A DNA stretch of 64,000 bases from Eledone cirrhosa (lineage: Eukaryota), in assembly GCA_964016885.1 (NCBI GenBank), contig OZ024754.1, forward strand, positions 39,990,001 to 40,054,000. The letters run 5' to 3'. The position numbers and the translations under genes are program-made. Below are positions 34,120 through 50,762 of the stretch, piece after piece; the stretch's first letter is position 1; the number at the start of each line of letters is the position of its first letter. Under the pieces are notes generated by a model, which was not told the origin of the DNA, made no database searches, and saw only the letters and a list, made by a program, of their open reading frames with translations.

Positions 34120-34737
34120 TAACCCCCCTCTCCATGTTCTATATTCCATCTAAACACCACAGTAAACCCCTCTCCATGTTCTATATTCCATCTAAACACC
34201 GCAGTAACCCCCCTCTCCATGTTCTATATTCCATCTAAACACCACAGTAACCCCTCTCCATGTTCTATATTCCATCTAAACACCACAGTAACACCTCTCA
34301 TGTTCTATATTCCATCTAAACACCACAGTAACACCTCTCCATGTTCTATATTCCATCTAAACACTACAGTAACACCTCTCATGTTCTATATTCCATCTAA
34401 ACACCACAGTAACACCTCTCATGTTCTATATTCCATCTAAACACCACAGTAACACCTCTCCATGTTCTATATTCCATCTAAACACTACAGTAACACCTCT
34501 CATGTTCTATATTCCATCTAAACACCACAGTAACACCTCTCATGTTCTATATTCCATCTAAACACCACAGTAACACCTCTCCATGTTCTATATTCCATCT
34601 AAACACTACAGTAACACCTCTCATGTTCTATATTCCATCTAAACACCACAGTAACACCTCTCCATGTTCTATATTCCATCTAAACACCACAGTAACACCT
34701 CTCCATGTTCTATATTCCATCTAAACACCACAGTAAC
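34120..34737 (+). repeat. 40-41-bp tandem array (~15 copies)
   Basis: Unit aacacctctccatgttctatattccatctaaacaccacagt. Confidence 0.95.
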
Positions 34738-35581
34738 GGTCACCTTTCCGAACAAATCCTTGTTCTTTTGCTTTCTTCTAACTTCTAAAAATCATGTCTA
34801 CAAAAACAAAATAATGTACAGCCCCTGCGAACCCATTGCCAGGAGGAAGGAAGGAATTCAATAGTGCTGCCTACCAGATTTATAAAACAAAACCTTCCTG
34901 AAATCTGTCCCTTCAAGTCTTAACTTTACTAATTTTTCTTCTCAAAATAAAAAACCAAAAAATATTTACAAAACAAAAAGCAAAAAATAAAAAGTTAATT
35001 AAAGAAGCTGATGATAAAATTCCCCAGGGAATTAGAGTGCCCCCATAAAATGTTCTGAAGCCTGCTCCCTAACCCTTTTCTCCCCACGCCTGGGGCACCT
35101 AAGCCTGGCAAAAGACATAGGCACTTGTGAATCTACAAATACACCCCTATCCCCCAAATAATAATTGTTTCTACTTTTGGCACAAGGCCAGCAATTATCC
35201 CAGTGTATTACTGGTACTTTATTTTATCGACCCCGTAAGGATGAAAGGCAAAGTTAACCTCGGCGGGATTTGAACTCAGACCATAAAGGGCCGTAACTCT
35301 TTGCTGCAAAGCATGGCGTCCGACTCTCTACCAATACTGCCAATCCACCTAATAAAAATAAAACTTATGGGTGAAAGTATACAAGATAGTTATAAGTGTC
35401 CATGTTTGTTGGTTGAAAGAAAGTCATAAAGATGTCAGCTGGAATAAATGTTAATTTAGGATATCAGAAGCAGATAAAATAATTGTTTCTACTTTTGGCA
35501 CAAGGCCAGCAATTATCCCAGTAAATTACTGGTACTTTATTTTATCGACCCCGTAAGGATGAAAGGCAAATGCTGGATTAA

Positions 35582-36789
35582 CTAACCCTTTAGCATTTAA
35601 ACTGGGCATATCTGGTCAGAATTCTCTCACCTCTTTCAGTCAAACCGCCCATATCTGGTCAGATCCTCTCACCTCTTTCAGTCAAACCGCCCATATCTGG
35701 TCAGAATTCTCTCACCTCTTTCAGTCAAACCGCCCATATCTGGTCAGAATCCTCTCACCTCTTTCAGTCAAACCGCCCATATCTGGTCAGAATTCTCTCA
35801 CCTCTTTCAGTCAAACCGCCCATATCTGGTCAGAATTCTCTCACCTCTTTCAGTCAAACCGCCCATATCTGGTCAGAATCCTCTCACCTCTTTCAGTCAA
35901 ACCGCCCATATCTGGTCAGAATCCTCTCACCTCTTTCAGTCAAACCGCCCATATCTGGTCAGAATCCTCTCACCTCTTTCAGTCAAACCGCCCATATCTG
36001 GTCAGAATTCTCTCACCTCTTTCAGTCAAACCGCCCATATCTGGTCAGAATTCTCTCACCTCTTTCAGTCAAACCGCCCATATCTGGTCAGAATTCTCTC
36101 ACCTCTTTCAGTCAAACCGCCCATATCTGGTCAGAATTCTCTCACCTCTTTCAGTCAAACCGCCCATATCTGGTCAGAATCCTCTCACCTCTTTCAGTCA
36201 AACCGCCCATATCTGGTCAGAATCCTCTCACCTCTTTCAGTCAAACCGCCCATATCTGGTCAGAATCCTCTCACCTCTTTCAGTCAAACCGCCCATATCT
36301 GGTCAGAATTCTCTCACCTCTTTCAGTCAAACCGCCCATATCTGGTCAGAATCCTCTCACCTCTTTCAGTCAAACCGCCCATATCTGGTCAGAATCCTCT
36401 CACCTCTTTCAGTCAAACCGCCCATATCTGGTCAGAATCCTCTCACCTCTTTCAGTCAAACCGCCCATATCTGGTCAGAATCCTCTCACCTCTTTCAGTC
36501 AAACCGCCCATATCTGGTCAGAATCCTCTCACCTCTTTCAGTCAAACCGCCCATATCTGGTCAGAATTCTCTCACCTCTTTCAGTCAAACCGCCCATATC
36601 TGGTCAGAATTCTCTCACCTCTTTCTGTACAAACCAGCTGTAATCGGCTCATCATACTGATGTTAAGGTATTGTTCTCAAAATAAATAATATCAAAATCT
36701 CATAGATTCAATAGTATGTGAGATAATTATGTGAAATAAAGCTTTTACCGTGAAAATCTAATAGAGTAATGTAAATGCTAAAGGGTTAA
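35582..36789. mobile_element. piggyBac-like MITE expanded by an internal 43-bp array
   Basis: Both TIRs are intact; non-array sequence matches 43112-43387. Confidence 0.85.
35598..36625 (+). repeat. 43-bp tandem array (~24 copies) inside a piggyBac-like MITE
   Basis: Unit caaaccgcccatatctggtcagaattctctcacctctttcagt. Confidence 0.95.
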
Positions 36790-37025
36790 GCATCAAAACC
36801 AGAATGGCAATATATTGCAGACATTTGTGTCTGTATGCTAACATACAGATACACAAATATGTACATCTGTGTATTGAAACAGTTGTTGCAAAGTGCCACA
36901 AAAATAATTCTAAAATATATATATATATATATATGTATATATATGTATATATATATATGTATGATGATGATGATGATGATGATGTATATATATATATGTA
37001 TATATATATATGTATATATATATAT

Positions 37026-39000
<1,975 letters not shown>

Positions 39001-39074
39001 AAATGGTTTTCCAGCCCAATCTGTAGAGATAAGCTAGAAATGGACGTCAAACTGATACAATAACAGGTGACATT

Positions 39075-39512
39075 GTGATGGCAGTAACAATGGTGGTGGT
39101 GATGATGGTGGTGGTGGTGGTGGTGGTGGTGGTGATGATGGTGGTGGTGATGATGGTGGTGATGGTGGTGGTGATGGTGGTGGTGGTGGTGATGGTGGTG
39201 GTGATGGTGGTGGTGATGGTGGTGGTGATGGTGGTGGTGATGGTGATGGCGGTGGTGATGGCGGTGGTGATGGCGGTGGTGATGGCGGTGATGATGATGG
39301 TGGTGGTGGTGGTGATGGTGATGGTAATAATGATATAGGTGATGGTGGTGGTAGTAGTAGTGGTGGTGGTAATAATAGTGGTGGTAATAATAGTGGTGGT
39401 GGTAATAATAGTGGTGGTAGTTGTGGTGATGGTGGTAATAATGATATAGGTGATGGTGGTGGTGGTAGTAGTAGTGGTGGTAATAATAGTGGTGGTAGTT
39501 GTGGTGGTGATG
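39075..39512. repeat. (GGT/GAT/AGT)n trinucleotide low-complexity tract
   Basis: Seen directly. Confidence 0.95.
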
Positions 39513-39704
39513 AGTGATACAACACAAAACCTACCTAAAAATAGTCATTGTGCAACCCAAATATTTTGTAGAGTTTTTAAAATAAATACACGATATCCCT
39601 GCATTGAAACGAAAAAGGGCACCCAGCCCACAAAAAACATTGTCTTAAAATATCTGGTCCAACCCATGCTAACATGGCAAAGTGGATGTAAAAATGATGA
39701 CAAT

Positions 39705-39834
<130 letters not shown>

Positions 39835-39865
39835 TTCAAATTAAAATAACTAGAACTGTCTACAT

Positions 39866-40575
39866 CAAAGGTTCTCAACGGGGGGGCATATGAACCCCCC
39901 GGTGGGCGTTTCGGAGCTCCGGGGGGGGGGGGGGGGGCGTTCTGGAGCAAGGGGGGGTGTTTGAAGGTTTGGGTGGCACTGGAAGGCTCTTTACTTTGGT
40001 AAATTATATAAACCATATTTGTACGTCTTTGAGAGTCAGTGTGAATGCATTTGATGGGTGTAGACCAGAGACAGAAAAAAAAATAAAGTGTGCGTGGTGG
40101 TGGGTGATGATTTTCACCAATTATAATCATTTCTACTATAGGCACAAGACATGAAATTTGGGGTTTAGGGCCCCGTCGATTACATCGATCCCAGTACACA
40201 ACTGGTACTTAATTTATCGACCCCAAAAGGATGAAAGGCAAAGTTGAGATCGACGGAAATGCAAAACCGGAAATATCGCTAAGCATTTCGCCAGATGTCC
40301 TAACGGCTCCACCAACTCACCGCCTTATTTTCACTAGTTATAATGGAATCTGAAAATCTGAAATACTGGTTCTACCACGGGCCATAGAAAAGTAGCTTAC
40401 GGGCCGCATGTTTGAGCCCCCTGTTGGGTCTAAAACAAGATTCTAACACAACTTGATTTGGCCCAGTAATTTACTGATACCAAAATCAGGAGTATATTGA
40501 AAAATGGAAAAATAGGGTAGGGGGCCGTTTCGTGATTTCAACGGGCAAACGGGCGAAATGGGTTGAGAACCTTTG
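39866..40575. mobile_element. hAT-like non-autonomous element with a nested family A SINE
   Basis: Perfect 14-bp TIR caaaggttctcaac/gttgagaacctttg; 8-bp TSD gtctacat/gtctacaa. Confidence 0.85.
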
Positions 40576-40856
40576 GTCTACAATATATTATTGTACTATT
40601 GCTGGCCTTGTGCCTAAAGTAGAAACAATTATTGTACTATTGCATGGCGTCCGACGCCATGCTTTGCAGCAAAGAGTTACTGCCCTTTGTGATCAGTTCA
40701 AATCCTGCCGAGGTTAACTTTGCCTTTCATCCTTATGGGGTCGATAAAATAAAGTACCAGTAATGTACTAGGGTAATTGCTGGCCTTGTGCCAAAAGTAG
40801 AAACAATTATTGTACTATTTCAAAGAATGTAAAAAAAATTCATGCTCTTCAAAAAT

Positions 40857-41167
40857 TACCGTATTTCCTGGAGCCGAAGACGCTTTGTCCTCGAGGACGT
40901 ACCCTAATTTTGACAACCAAAGAAATAAACAACCTTCAGCCTCCAGGACGCATGGTAGATTTTTGAGACTTATTTTAGGAAAAAAGTAGCAGTAATTACC
41001 GTATTTCTCGGCGTCGAAGACGCTACTTTTTTCCCAAAATACGTCTCAAAAATCTACCATGCGTCCTGGAAGCCGAAGGTTGTTTATTATTTTTTTCAAA
41101 TTTTTGGTTGTCAAAATTAGGGTACATCCTCAAGGACGAAGTGTCTTTGGCACTGGGAAATACGGTA
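40857..41167. mobile_element. Two Tc1/mariner(pogo)-like MITEs in inverted arrangement
   Basis: TA-CCGTATTTC...GAAATACGG-TA termini; third copy at 58761-58964 with a 13-bp x4 internal repeat. Confidence 0.75.
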
Positions 41168-41756
41168 ACTAACCAAATAAATTTATTACAATTATGAAAA
41201 TCCATTCCTCAAATCTACTGGAAAGTTCTAGATAGAAATATGATTGTTTTACACATCTCAGCAAATTTCTAGTTAGTTTGTGATGTAAGATAGCAAAACA
41301 TTACAAAACAACCTTTTTTGAAGCGTGGAGTGTATGATTGAGTGAGATATGGTTACTATTTCTAGCAGATCAAGCAAGCATGTAGAGGCTCTCTTGTCGG
41401 CTGTTCACATGCAGTAGTGATGTGGCAGATCTATAACATTCAGATAGCATAAAGTTTGACAGTGATTTGGCTGCTATAACTAGCAGGTCAAGCTACAACA
41501 AAGTTCCTCTACTGATTCAATATTGGAGCTGTTATTGTTTAACCTTATAAGAAGAGACCCTTATGGTGAAATGTACCCCAGCCATCATCATAGCGCCATT
41601 TATTTCAAACAATCTATTTATGACTACATTATCCAATGTATTCTTCATTGTTTTTAGACAGTAGCTTGCAATATTTGAGGAACATTTGGCTGCTATTTCT
41701 AAAAGTCAAGCAAACACAGAGGCTCCTTTTCTTTTCCATCTTCACTCACTTATTCC

Positions 41757-41975
41757 TGGGAGTCCTTAAACACGTCTTTCAGCAGGTACTTGGGAGCAGT
41801 CCTTAAACACGTCTTTCAGCAGGTACTTGGGAGCAGTCCTTAAACACATCTTTCAACAGGTACTTGGGAGCAGTCCTTAAACACATCTTTCAACAGGTAC
41901 TTGGGAGCAGTCCTTAAACACATCTTTCAACAGGTACTTGGGAGTAGTCCTTAAACACGTCTTTCAGCAGGTACT
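41757..41975 (+). repeat. 37-bp tandem array (~6 copies)
   Basis: Unit gggagcagtccttaaacacgtctttcagcaggtactt. Confidence 0.93.
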
Positions 41976-43587
41976 GTCAGAAGCAACTGTCTCTAATTAA
42001 TCCAACTGGATCCCCAAGTAAGACCAACAAGCTCATAATAATCAAATGATATATTTGAGGAAGATTTGGCTGCTATTTCTAGAAAGTCAAGCAACTGACT
42101 AGAAGCTCTTTTACAGGTTCAAAAGAGATTCTCCTATTAGTTCTGGAAGGTTGTTCACTGTCACAGGAGTTCCCATTGTTAGTCTGAAGCAATTTGGCTG
42201 CTATATTTAGCAGATAAGAAGGAGCCTCTATGTGGTCAATGACTCACAACTGGTGGAAGTCTGCTACATTCTCCACTTGATCATTATTTGCTTACATTCT
42301 AAATCAACCACCACCAGACTACTTTGGTCAGTTTACTATCTCAAGTACCACTTTAAAATCTTGTTTCTTCTTTTGTTAACAGCATTTTTAAGAGGAAAGA
42401 TATAGTTCTGAGCAATTATTCTTATCGATTGATATAATCAAGAACATGGAATATCATCACCATTATCCTCATCATTATCATCACCACCATCACCACCAGC
42501 ACAGTCATCACCACAGTCATCATCATCATCATCATTAACATCATTTAGACAGCTCATCAAAGACAGGATTTATCTTTATTAACACTTAATTTTATAACAT
42601 ATGTATAACATTAATTTTGAGCTAATTGAAACATCATCATCATCATCATCTTTACCTTCATTCTATTCATCATCACCAGTATCATCATCATCACCTTTAT
42701 TACCTTCATTCTCATCGTCACAATTTCTTTTACATAAAATGGATAACTTTGGAAAGAAAAAACAATCATTAAAATGAAAACCACCCACACACACACCCTT
42801 TCACACACACACACACATTGAAACAGCCACACACCCTTTCACACACACAGCCACACAGCCACACACCCTTTCACACACACATCCACACAGCCACACAGCC
42901 ACACACACAGTAAAAGATATTTAGAAAAATACTTTTTTTTTTTACAATATTTATCAAAGTGGTCTGTAAATATCACACACTGTCTCAACAGCTATTGATC
43001 CCCTCCCCACTCCAGTAGGGGGTGGGGGTAGGATCAGAGGACCCTTCTTATATATTTGGGGTGACGGGTATTTCTCTTTTTCACATTTATGAAGAATATA
43101 TAAATAGTAAATTAACCCTTTAGCATTTAAACCAGCCGTATCCGGCCAGAATCTTACCTCTAACTGGCCACTCATACTGATGTTAAAGTATTGTTCTCAA
43201 AATAAATAATATCAAAATCTCATAGATTCGATATTATGTGAAATAATTATGTAAAATAAAGCCTTTACTGTGAAAGTACAATAGTATATATAGAGTAATG
43301 TGAATGTTATGTGAGATATGTGAGGTAAAACCTTTACTGTGAAAATACAATAGTATATATAGAGTAATGTGAATGCTAAAGGGTTAACAAAATTGTTTCC
43401 ACATTTGGCACAAGGTCAATAATTCTTTATTTTATTGACCCCGTAAGAATGAAAGGCAAAGCTAACCACGACAAGATTTGAACTCAGAACATAAAAGGAG
43501 CTAACTATATACTGCAAAGTATGTTGTCCAACACTACCGATACTACCAATCTACTTATTTAACATAATAATGATAAAAATGAGATGC

Positions 43588-44230
43588 CTTCTTCTTCATC
43601 CACTTATTCCTAAAAGGATCATGTGGACAGAGTCCCCACACATGCCTTCCTGAGGGTCCTATCAGAAATAATCATTTCCAATTGATTTGGTTGACTGCCC
43701 AATTGAGACCAGCCATGATCTACCTCTGGGTCTCCTCCCAGTTGGTTTTTGCCTGTAAAATCTGTCAAGTGATTTTATTTTCCTTAGACACTCAACCTAC
43801 ATGTCCATAATATTGGTAACAAGAAGCTGTCCTTTGATCCCATACTCCTGCAGATGTCCAATTGGATGTGGTTGTGTGTCTTTTTGGAGTCTACGAAACA
43901 AACATACAAATCTTGGCAATACTCCCATGATTTCTTGAAGACCTGACGCAATGTGAATATTTGATCAGCTGCATTGCATCCAGGATGGACATCACACTGT
44001 TTGTTAGCTAGCTTGGACTTGATAATATCCTTACATTTCTTTGCCAGACAGCATAGACTTTACCGGGGAAGCTTAACAAACTGATCCCTCTATAATTGAA
44101 GCAATCACTCTTGTCAACTTTTTTGGAAACAAGTATTATCACTCATAATTGTTATTGCTTTGATACCTTTCTAAAGATGCTGACACAGAGTCAGCCAGAG
44201 AATACCTTCTCAACTTAAGGTTTTCCACAT
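43588..44230 (-). mobile_element. Degenerate, internally deleted RTE-type LINE (RT fragment plus 3' end)
   Basis: Minus strand gives NYRGISLLSFPGKVYA and DQIFTLRQVFKKSWEYCQDLYVCFVD; (GAA)n tail. Confidence 0.85.
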
Positions 44231-45235
44231 CTCAGGCCAAATTTCTTCCTCCCCAAAGTGAGAGTGGGACTGAAAAGGTATCATAAACAAATAGGCCTTA
44301 AACCACAGATTATCTCCTACAAAATGCTGCCCTGATGGCCCCATCCCATATACTTAAAGTACTTTCTGTCTAAGGTCCTTGCTGAGACCTGACATACAGT
44401 AGAAGATCCAATTATTTACATATTCATTGGATAAATAATAATTGTTTCTACTTTTCGCACAAGGCCTACAATTACCCAGTACATTACTGGTACTTTATTT
44501 TATCGACCCCGTAAGGATGAAAGGCAAAGTTAACCTCGGCGGGATTTGAACTCAGAATAGCAAGGGCAGTAACTCTATGCTACAAAGCATCCAACCTTCT
44601 ACCGATAGTGCCAACGGACAAATAATAATAATAACAATTAAGATATTGATTACAAAGCAAGGGTGGCTGTACTAAGTGAGAGTAAGAGAGGTGTGAAGGA
44701 GATGTTGAACTATGAAAAAAGTGAAGTTTGATTTTGTTACCTGCACTGTTTAATGGAGGGGTTCCCTGAACTCTTACTGTACTTGTATTGTTGTTGTTGT
44801 TGTTTCATTAGCAGCAAATTTCAGAACAAATAAAAAATATGTTGGTACACTGAGCATTAAGTAAAAAATAAATGTAAATATAAAAAGGTATTTATTTTAT
44901 CTCTAACATGTAAATAATTTAAATTAGAGAAATTTCCTTCATTCAATAGAATAGAGTTATCAAGATTTTATATTTAGAATTGCAGTTTGTAGTTAGGGGG
45001 TGGGTGTTTTTTTAGATTTTTTAAATATATTTATATTACTTTTGTGGCACACCTAGCTACATCTGGCGGCACAAAGGCAGGGGAGGTGGTGGCACACCAT
45101 TAGAGTGGCACCACCGTTTTAAGGCAACAAAACTCTACCTGTAGCAAGTAAATGCATGACTAACAGCAATATTAGTTTAGTTTGCTCAAAAATGAACAAG
45201 AGTGAATGAGGTGAGTAGAGTAAGTGCAGTGGTTA

Positions 45236-45676
45236 GAGTATGAACGGTGAGTGGAGTATGAACGGTGAGTGTAATATGAACGGTGAGTGTAGTATGAACG
45301 GTGAGTGGAGTATGAACGGTGAGTGGAGTATGAACGGTGAGTGGAGTATGAACGGTGAGTGGAGTATGAACGGTGAGTGTAGTATGAACGGTGAGTGTAG
45401 TATGAACGGTGAGTGGAGTATGAACGGTGAGTAGAGTATGAACGGTGAGTGTAGTATGAACGGTGAGTGTAGTATGAACGGTGAGTGGAGTATGAACGGT
45501 GAGTGTAGTATGAACGGTGAGTGGAGTATGAACGGTGAGTGTAGTATGAACGGTGAGTGGAGTATGAACGGTGAGTGGAGTATGAACGGTGAGTGGAGTA
45601 TGAACGGTGAGTGGAGTATGAACGGTGAGTGGAGTATGAACGGTGAGTGGAGTATGAATCGTGAGTGGAGTATGAA
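45236..45676 (+). repeat. 18-bp tandem array (~24 copies)
   Basis: Unit gagtatgaacggtgagtg with gg/gt variants. Confidence 0.95.
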
Positions 45677-46074
45677 GAGTGAATATTTATTTTTTTAAAT
45701 CACACAATGACAAATAGATGAGAATGTAACAGATCATAGATAACAGTAAAATGGAATAAGTGAGGGAAATGAATCTGATGATTGAAACAAAAAAAACAAT
45801 GGTTTAACAGTACCAGAAATATTTTGGCAGGAATTAATTCTTGCAGTCAAACAAACAAGACCTCAGATTGTAATCAGAGGGTGCCATGTCATGTACATAT
45901 ATGTATATTTTTTTCTCTCTGTGTGTGGTGTGTGACATACATATACATACACAAATATACACACATATATATATGTATTGATGTATATATGTATGTATAT
46001 ATATCCCCCCCTTTATTTATTGGTTTGTTTAACTAACAGGCCCTCAGGTTGAAATCAGTGAAGGTGAAAATATA

Positions 46075-46136
<62 letters not shown>

Positions 46137-46222
46137 ACAGCTCACAACTATGCAGGTTTAGCTGGCCACCTCCAAGGTATATCTTGGAGGTGTCTTGGGT
46201 AATTTAATGATAGGGGCCCCAG

Positions 46223-46506
46223 TATATATATACATATATATATATACATATATATATATACATATATATATACACATATATATATACATATACATATATA
46301 CATATATATATATACACATATATATATACACATATATATATATACATATATATATATACATATATATATATACATATATATATATACATATATATATATA
46401 CATATATATATATACATATATATATATACATATATATATATACATATATATATATACATATATATATATATACATATATATATATACATATATATATATA
46501 CATATA

Positions 46507-46566
<60 letters not shown>

Positions 46567-46658
46567 CATATATATATATACATACATATATATATATACA
46601 TATATATATATACATATATATAAATATATATATACATATATATACATATATATATACT

Positions 46659-46689
<31 letters not shown>

Positions 46690-47842
46690 ATACTTATATA
46701 TATATATACATATACATATATATATACTTATATATATATACATATATATACTTATATATATATACATATATATACTTATATATATATACATATATATACT
46801 TATATATATATACATATATATACTTATATATATATACATATATATACTTATATATATATACATATATATACTTATATATATATACATATATATACTTATA
46901 TATATATACATATATATACTTATATATATACATATATATACTTATATATATATACATATATATACTTATATATATATACATATATATACTTATATATATA
47001 TACATATATATACTTATATATATATACATATATATACTTATATATATATACATATATATACTTATATATATATACATATATATACTTATATATATATACA
47101 TATATATACTTATATATATATACATATATATACTTATATATATATATACTTATATATATATACATATATATACATATACTTATATATATATATACTTATA
47201 TATATATATACTTATATATATATATATATATATACTTATATATATATATACTTATATATATATATATATATATACTTATATATATATATATATATACTTA
47301 TTTATATATATATATACTTATATATATATATATATACTTATATATATATACATATATACTTATATATATATACATATATACTTATATATATATACATATA
47401 TACATATACATATATATACTTATATATATATACATATATATACTTATATATATATACATATATATACTTATATATATATACATATATATACTTATATATA
47501 TATACATATATACTTATATATATATACATATATACTTATATATATATACTTATATATATATACATATATACTTATATATATATACATATATACTTATATA
47601 TATATACATATATATACTTATATATATACTGTATATACTTATATATATATATATACTGTATATACTTATATATATATATATACTGTATATACTTATATAT
47701 ATATATATACTATATATACTTATATATATATATACTGTATATACTTATATATATATATACTGTATATACTTATATATATATATACATATATATACTTATA
47801 TATATATATATATATATACTTATATATACTTATATATATATA
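46223..47842. repeat. (TA)n compound microsatellite with TACA/TACT higher-order periodicity, just 3' of the IL17R-like stop codon
   Basis: Seen directly. Confidence 0.95.
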
Positions 47843-47869
47843 CCACCTCAACCTCATGTCTTTGTTCAT

Positions 47870-48822
47870 TCAGAGATTCACTCGAGTTGAATTATTGTTA
47901 CTGGAGAGATATGTTATGTCTGTCCAATTACTGACACAGTCTGTAGCAAGACCTTCAGATAATGAAGGCAAGTGGCTGTATCTATTTTTATATTGCTGGT
48001 CATTCCTGTCATTAAGCATGGCTAGTTCAGAACTGACTTGTGACATTTCTGAATAGGAGTTTATATCATTGAAATAGAGGCACTGTTTGGACACCGAATC
48101 ATCATAATTGAAATCATGGTAGCAGTTTACCGGCATTTTGGTAATATCAGCTTCATCATTTAACGAAGACCGACAATCACACTTATCATTCAATAAACCA
48201 CAGCGTGGTACCAAATAACTATATTTCTGAATAAACCACATCTTATTCTTTTCAAATTCAGCAGCCTTTTGAGCTGCTTGCTGTAGCGCTATTGATGCAA
48301 TAGCGCTCTCTGAAGCTCTCAGAGGAATCGTTAAGGATTTAAAGATGCTGTTAGTTGGGATACGATGGATATAGTAAACCAACTTCTTCAGGTCTCTGAT
48401 GAGCGTGAAATTTTGAACAGAAGCAAATTCACTAAGAATGAAGTTGTCGGACAAATGTTCCAAGTGGCAAGAGATGTATTTTGAATGGTATAACTGCAAG
48501 AGCGGGCATTCTCTGATCATGGTAAGAATTGACATCAGAACATTTTCATTTCGGTTGTCTCGTAGCTGAGGATATTCTAAGCCATTAATCCATGGACCAC
48601 TCTGACGTTTAATACATTCTGAATGTAGCAATAAAACAAAATCACAGTCAGCAACTGTCTTGTGCAACCATTGCTTGATTTCTTCCTCAGCAAATAAAGG
48701 TGGATAAAGAAGCTGACACTTCGAGTGTTGTAGGTAGGCAGCCAAAGCTTTGCCAACGTCTAAATGATGCTGATGATCATGAGAATATAAAAATAAAATT
48801 TTCTTGTCTGTGAGGTTTTCTC
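47870..48822 (-). CDS. IL17R: IL-17 receptor-like gene, terminal coding exon (SEFIR domain plus C-terminal tail)
   Basis: Acceptor ttttgttccag|GA. Reads (R)[31 protein letters not shown]...[18 protein letters not shown], matching SEFIR box motifs (ILxLYSxD..H...LAxxL; W......DxVL). Open for ~316 codons to the stop at 47870. Phase 1 matches the upstream TM exon. Confidence 0.85.
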
Positions 48823-49881
48823 CTGGAACAAAAGAAAACGAAAAAAGAGGAATTAAAAAGGAAATTTGAATATCAAAAGAGTTTATACTAACTCTTAACC
48901 CTTTAGTATTTACATTATGCTATATTTACTATTGTATTTTCGCGATAATTATCTCACATAATATCAAATCTATGAGATTTTAATATTATTTATTTTGAGA
49001 ACTGTACCTTAACATCAGTATAAGTGGCCAGTTACAGCCAGTTTGAACTGAAAGAGGTGAGAGAATTTTGGCCAGACACAGCCAGTTTAAATGCTAAAGG
49101 GTTAATGTTGCATACTACATCAAACTGCATTAGCAAGACATTCTTGAAAATTACAAAACAATACTATTACTGCTTTACATTAAAAATTAAAGTCTTTACT
49201 TTAGTTAACTGGGAATTTTCACATGAATCTGTCCACTAGTAAAGATACTGTACACATTTGGATTAGCAAACATATTTTTAGATATTTTCTGCAAAATTAT
49301 TACAGAATGTCAAGAGTTAAGAAACAAAACAACAAAATTTAATCTAATAAAAAAACTGACTGAAGAGTTAAATTTTCTAAAAAAAAAGCATTCTATCATG
49401 CATATTTGTAAATGTAAATGGGTGTGTATGTGTATGTGTTTCTGGTAGTGTACAGAATGACATAATAAAGTCAGAAGAAGTAAGAAAACAGTGTGTATCA
49501 CTTGTGGCAATTATACTTTATATATATATATATATATATAATAGTAGAACACTGGAGAGTTGTATCCATAGTAATAGAGTACTCAATCCATTGGACGAGT
49601 TTCTTCTCGGTATGGTGAACTAACTGTTGTGGAACTATTTCTATATATATTCTTCATACTTAACTCCATTTAATTGATTATTTGTCTAATTAATTTCTAC
49701 GGACTAAGAAGAAAGATTAGGTAAATCTTATCTGACTGTTCCTCATAAAGGAATATTGGTAACATTTATCTGTTATTTCTTCGAAGTTACATTTTAAACT
49801 TAGCTCTGTTTAATTTCTACGGACTAAGAGGAAAGATTGGATAAATTTTGTCTGACTATTCTTCAAACTTATAATTTTATA

Positions 49882-49912
<31 letters not shown>

Positions 49913-50107
49913 GTTAAATAATTCCGTCGGAAAAGTCCAGGAAAAAAGAGTGCTCTATGTAGGTAACAGAGCTTAATAGTTATGTAATAAACAACATAAG
50001 GCAATTATTTCATTTACCAGTGGTTTCTTAAAAGCAAAAAAATGTTGCTTTCAATCATCAGAATGAAAAAAATCCTGGTGTATTTATTGGCGTTGGATTT
50101 TAAAAAG

Positions 50108-50142
<35 letters not shown>

Positions 50143-50259
50143 CCAGCATCAACAGTTTTCCAAGAGATGGTAACATGAATGGACCTGTTATTTTTCTCTA
50201 AAACATTTTTTCCAATTCCACTCCGTCCGTCCCTTCAATCTATCAAATTTCTCATTCTT

Positions 50260-50295
50260 TCTTCTGATGAAGGACTAGCGTCCGAAACGTTAGGA
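50260..50295 (+). ncRNA. Minimal hammerhead ribozyme
   Basis: TCTT-CTGATGA-A-GGAC(tagc)GTCC-GAAACGTT-AGGA; classic Penelope-type minimal layout with palindromic stem III. Confidence 0.75.
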
Positions 50296-50392
50296 CCCTC
50301 TTCCTGCTATTTCAAGCGTTAACCTAATATATTCCTTCCATTTACAGAACCGACTGTGTTGTTATTTCTGTTTACCTTTTATACACACACAC

Positions 50393-50445
<53 letters not shown>

Positions 50446-50762
50446 GTATAATTTCTACGAGTGATAATGTATATATATATATCATCATCATCATCATTGT
50501 TGTTTAACATCTATCTTCCATGCTAGTATGGGTTAGCATTGGGCTCACTATGTCAAATCTACTAGCAGCATACAATTAACTATATGTTCTTCATGCTAAA
50601 GACCACCCTTGGCATGTCTGGACATTTCTTTATACCCTGCATAAAGTGGAGCCCCATGCTGCAGCAGTTTGACATGCAAAGAGTAGTAGTTTACTTAGGC
50701 ATTATTATCTGAAAAATTTTCGTCCAACCCCTGTTGATATGAAAAATAAAATGAACATATAT

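Noticed and set aside
45240-45698. (MNGEWS)n repeat protein
   Set aside because: 18-bp minisatellite with an internal stop and no splice or gene context.
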